From Prorocentrum cordatum (Eukaryota), in assembly GCA_963575745.1 (NCBI GenBank), contig CAUYUJ010000018.1, positions 1-64,000 of the forward strand: a DNA stretch of 64,000 nt. Direction: 5' to 3'. Positions within the stretch are counted from its first letter, which is position 1. Each line of letters opens with the position of its first letter. Both the position numbers and the translations under genes were made by a program. The notes under the pieces are model-generated. The model was given only the letters and a program-made list of their open reading frames with translations. It searched no databases and was not told the DNA's origin. Shown in pieces: positions 58,251-64,000 of this stretch.

Positions 58251-58329
58251 CGAGAACCCGCACCGCGGAATTCCACTTCAGCCACGCACCCAGGGACAGT
58301 GAATGACCGTTCGGCCCCCTCACTCTGAT
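57430..58329 (+). repeat. Right copy of the 0.9-kb inverted repeat; partial extra copies at about 56670-56850 and 57135-57357
   Basis: Reverse complement of 32692-33596. Confidence 0.92.
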
Positions 58330-60418
58330 GTTGAGGCTCGGGCCAGATTCGGGTGCGACGTATGTGTTGGGAGGGCGGGTGGGAGTGAGCGAGATGGCTT
58401 GCGGGCGGGGAGGGGGTATTGACCCTTCCCCCTACCCCCCCCCCTGGACTTGGACGGGGGGTTTCGCGACGCGTTGGAGCGTCCAAAACGGCCTCGGCAA
58501 GGAAGCCAAACCCATTGGTTGTACTATGTACGGTTTTGGCCCCATTTTGGCCTCCTAATGGGGGGGGACCCTAATTCGGGACCCCCCTCCTGTGATCGAT
58601 CTCACCCAAGATAACCCAAACATGGCCCCCAAGACTCCAAAGGGTGCCCCAAGGGGGCCCCAAGAGGTGGCCAGGAAGCCCAAAGAGGCCCCCAGGATGC
58701 CCCCAAGAGGCCCCCAAGAGACCCCCCAGAGGCCCCAAGAGCCAGGGGCACCCAAGATGCTCCAAGAGGCCTCGGCGAGAATGCCAAATCACTGATTCTA
58801 CTAAGGTTTTAGCCACATGTTGGCCTCTTGGGGGGGGCACGGATTAAAATGACTCCAAGAGCGCCTGGGAGAGCCCAAGATGACCTCCAAGATGGCTCAA
58901 GATATCCCAAGATGTCTCATAATGGCTCCCACGATGCTTCAAGATGCCCCAAGACCGCTCCAAGACGACTCCAAGTGGCCAAAGAGCTCCCCCAGGAGGC
59001 CCCGAAGAGGCCAAAGCCTTATGAATATCTGTGTGTGTGTGTTTGGTTTTCTCGCCTTTTCGCTTCCGATGGCCATCCGAGGCCTCCAAATGGTTGCAAG
59101 ATGGCCCTACAGGGCCCCAAGAGAGGCTCAAGAGAGCCCCAAGACGCCCCAAGAGCGCCTAAGAACGCTCCAAAAGGGCCCCAAGAGGCGATGTCTTGGG
59201 CTCCCGAGGGGCAACGCTAACTAATGTTCGCTTCTTGTTTGATCGATGTCCTCCAAGATGGCCCCAAGAGCGCTCCCAAGGCTCCCAAGAGCGCTTCAAG
59301 AGGGCCCCAATAGGCACCCAGGAGGCCCCAACAGGTGCCCAAGAGGACTCCAAGTTGCTCCCAAGAGACCGCCACGAGGCCCCAAGAAACTCTCCGAGGC
59401 ACCCAAGACGCTCCAAGAGGCCTCCACTGGGTGGCCCTTCCTCTGTGTGCTGTCCACTTCCCTGATCGAGGCAATTCCTCTGGGCATCGTTTCTGGATGG
59501 GCTGGTGGTGTTACTTTTTTGGTCGCGGCCGCGAGCGAAGAGCGCAGGCGGCGAACAGGGTGTCCGGGCCGACAGGCAAGCCGAATTAGCTGCAAGACGC
59601 GCCGCTAGCCGGCCGGCCCACTCACTAAGCAGCCGCGGGGCTGTCGGGGAAGCTGACGGCAGGGGACATCCTGGGAAGCTCGGGCGCGTGCAGTCTGACA
59701 AAATGTAGAGAAATTCGCTGCCTGCCGTGAGGCACAACCCACACAGCGACATGTCGTGCACCGGGGCGGACGTGCCCGTCAAACTGGGTGGGGGCAGGCG
59801 CGAAGCCCGATGAGCGAGTCGCCAATGGGGCGCCAGGCCCAATCCGTCCCAACGACGTGTGCTGGCTAGGGGAGCTGAAGTGCCGAGGAACGTGGAACGT
59901 CGCGAACCTGCCGGAAGAGGGGGGATGAGCCCGGGGTGCTGTTGCGGCTGCGAAATGCTAAACCACTCCGGCGCTGTCACAGCACCCGAAAGTCCACCAG
60001 ACAGTGCACGTGGTAGGCCCGGACGACCGCGAGCCGGCCCCGTCGACAACGGCACAGCGCCAGGCCAGATGGACTAGAGGAGAAAGCCAGGCAGGCATGG
60101 TGAGCATCGCCAGCGAGGCACGGGGATCCAGAGGGGTGCTGCACAGGGGGCACCGCAGCTGCCGCCTGTAGTACGCCGAAGGCCACCAAGGGGCGGCCTT
60201 ATCCTCCAAGTACACGAAGCTGGCTATACCTCCAGGGGCGGTGTGTGGCGTGTGTCCAAGCAAGTGGGAAAACCGTTGCTAGTAGGGTGGGGCGACCTGG
60301 GTGAAGCTGCGCTGTAGCAGCCGCGCGGGGCCGACGGCCACCGTGGGCCGACCTTGTCCGCCACTTCCGCCCTTTCCCGCGGGAGTCCAGGGTCGCCGTC
60401 AACCACACACCACGTGGG

Positions 60419-60969
60419 CCTCCAGAGTCGCAGCTAACCGCCGCTGAAAGTGAGGAAACTTACCACGGACAGCGGAGGTCTAGGGCGGCCCTGGGGAGGG
60501 GGGGCGAAGCCATCGATGCCAGTCGGCACGCCTGGCGAAGCCCCGCCAGTAGAAGGCCTTGGGGGAAGGGGGGGGATAGACGCGACCGACCGCTTCCACA
60601 GGGGGCCACCGAGGGGGTCGCCCGGTGAGGGAAACGCAAGGAAGCGAGCCCCGAGGGCCAAGGGCGGGGGACACCCGCCCGGCCCGAAAGGGGCCCGAGG
60701 GGAGAGGCGAGGAGGAAGCACCCCAACGCCCCTCGAACGGGCCCCAGATCTGCCTGTCAAGGGACACGGCCGCCATTCTCGAGAATCCTCCAGGGTCGCA
60801 GCTAACCGCCGCTGAAGTGCAAATAGTAACGAGTGATAGGTCCTTCGCCCGGTGTGGTCCAGAGTGGACATCCTGCCACGCTGAATGCTGGTCTGCCAAC
60901 GCGGAGACTGGCACCTCTGTGGGGACGGTGTGCGTTGGTTCCTCCAGGGTCGCAGCTAACCGCCGCTGA
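60419..60969. repeat. Three dispersed direct repeats of about 29 bp, CCTCCAG(G/A)GTCGCAGCTAACCGCCGCTGA
   Basis: Copies at about 60419, 60787 and 60941. Confidence 0.85.
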
Positions 60970-62096
60970 TGTTCGGGCGCCTGCGGTGTGACAAAACTGC
61001 GACCTAGCTAGGTCGAGCTCGCCGCCAGGCAGTCGGGGGGGATGCTGGGGCCCACCTCCTGCCCATGGCCCGCGAGCCGGCTGTCGTCATCGGACAGCAA
61101 AGTCTGGGAGCCAGGGGGGCCTGCTTGCGCGAGCCAGGCGGGCCCCGCCGTGCCAGTGAGGGTGAGATGTCGGGTGCAAGTGGGGGGCCCCCCGGTGTCA
61201 GGCCCGAAAAGGTGGATGGTGGTCCACTTATCCAGCGTGGGCTGTCTAGTTAAGCTGCGCCGTGGGTGAGATGTGGAGTTGAGCCTTCGCCTCAGCGGAG
61301 GGTGGCCCGGGGTATTACGGCCTGAGCCGGGCGCAGCAGGGTGAAACAAGCCCCTTCGGGGCAACGGGTGGCTGGAGGTGGGTCGGAGCAGGTGTCCATG
61401 GGCAGGTCCCTGCTATGGGCGTCGAGGTAGGCCGTGTCGGGAGCACGTCAGCCTTGGGTGTCGGAGTCACTCCAGCGGGCCCGCTTGTCCGAGTCGCGGT
61501 CGTCCCCTCGTGGGGAGTATCGTTTGCCCCTGCCTTTCCAGTCAGAGTCCGTCCATGGGGTATCTCGCCGCTCCCACGAGGTCCACTCTTGCCAGCCCCG
61601 CCACTGGCTGGGGGTGGTAGTTCCAATGGCTCCAGCCCAGGGGTCCTGTGCAGCTGCATGCGCGAATGCTCGGCTCTCGGCAGTCCAGGGAGCCGGCTTG
61701 TCGCGGCTGCAGTACGCGAAGCGTCTAGAATTCCCGCCTCGGACGCTGGCCAGGGGGGGCCCCAGCGCCGATCCAAGAAATCCGCGCGGACCTCCCAACA
61801 GTCGGGTTTATGCAGTTCTTGATGCCCCATCCCAGCGCCGACCCGAGAAATCCGCGCGCACCTCCGAGAAACTGCTTGCTGATGCCTCGCTGTGCTCCTC
61901 GAGGAAGTTGGGGGCGGAGGCGGCCGAGGTGGCGGCCGACGCGGCCAGAGGCCCCTCGCCGCCGCGAGGCGGAGGGCGCCGGCCGAAATGGCGGCCACTG
62001 GACCCCTCCCTGGCGCTGGGAGCGCGCCAGGGGCCGAGGCACCGCCAAAGAGGCCGCGGCCGCGGCCAGCGGCGACGCCGGGAGAAGTGAGCAGGA

Positions 62097-63915
<1,819 letters not shown>

Positions 63916-64000
63916 TCATTCCTCTATCTCATAGAAAGCTTTTCCCTGTCGCACCCCGAAGCCGATCGAAAGGGCGGGCTGGTCATGTCGCCTGAGATTA

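Noticed and set aside
60419..60969. CRISPR-like array
   Set aside because: Only three repeats, spacers of about 125-340 nt, no cas genes, eukaryotic context

Overview
This is GC-rich, microsatellite-laden eukaryotic DNA, almost certainly from a dinoflagellate. The evidence is relict copies of the dinoflagellate spliced leader (SL) DCCGTAGCCATTTTGGCTCAAG and predicted GC-AG and GA-AG introns. Two large minus-strand mobile elements dominate the window. (1) A non-LTR (LINE-like) retrotransposon of at least 21 kb (about 1933-22938) starts with a near-perfect SL plus two relict SL units. Its reconstructed ORF1 is about 5,100 codons, broken by one frameshift and one in-frame TGA. It holds several decayed actin fragments, a ubiquitin domain ending LRGG|M, a RING-H2 finger, an RRM-like segment and a C-terminal C5 cytosine methyltransferase (Dnmt) whose catalytic motifs are substituted. 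ORF1 joins, through a TGATG stop/start overlap, an intact ORF2: AP endonuclease, reverse transcriptase (RT), zinc knuckle, degenerate SET-like segment and RNase H. (2) A Helitron-type RepHel gene (40006-46908) has N-terminal HTH-like repeats, a HUH/Y2 Rep domain and a Pif1 helicase. It becomes one 2,214-aa frame if a 190-nt GC-AG intron and a 68-nt GT-AG intron created by an exact tandem duplication are removed. The rest of the window comprises a 3.6-kb foldback palindrome, a 0.9-kb inverted repeat pair 25 kb apart, a duplicated intron-containing RRM gene, an RNase H remnant, satellites and simple repeats. All domain calls come from reading motifs by eye; no searches were run.
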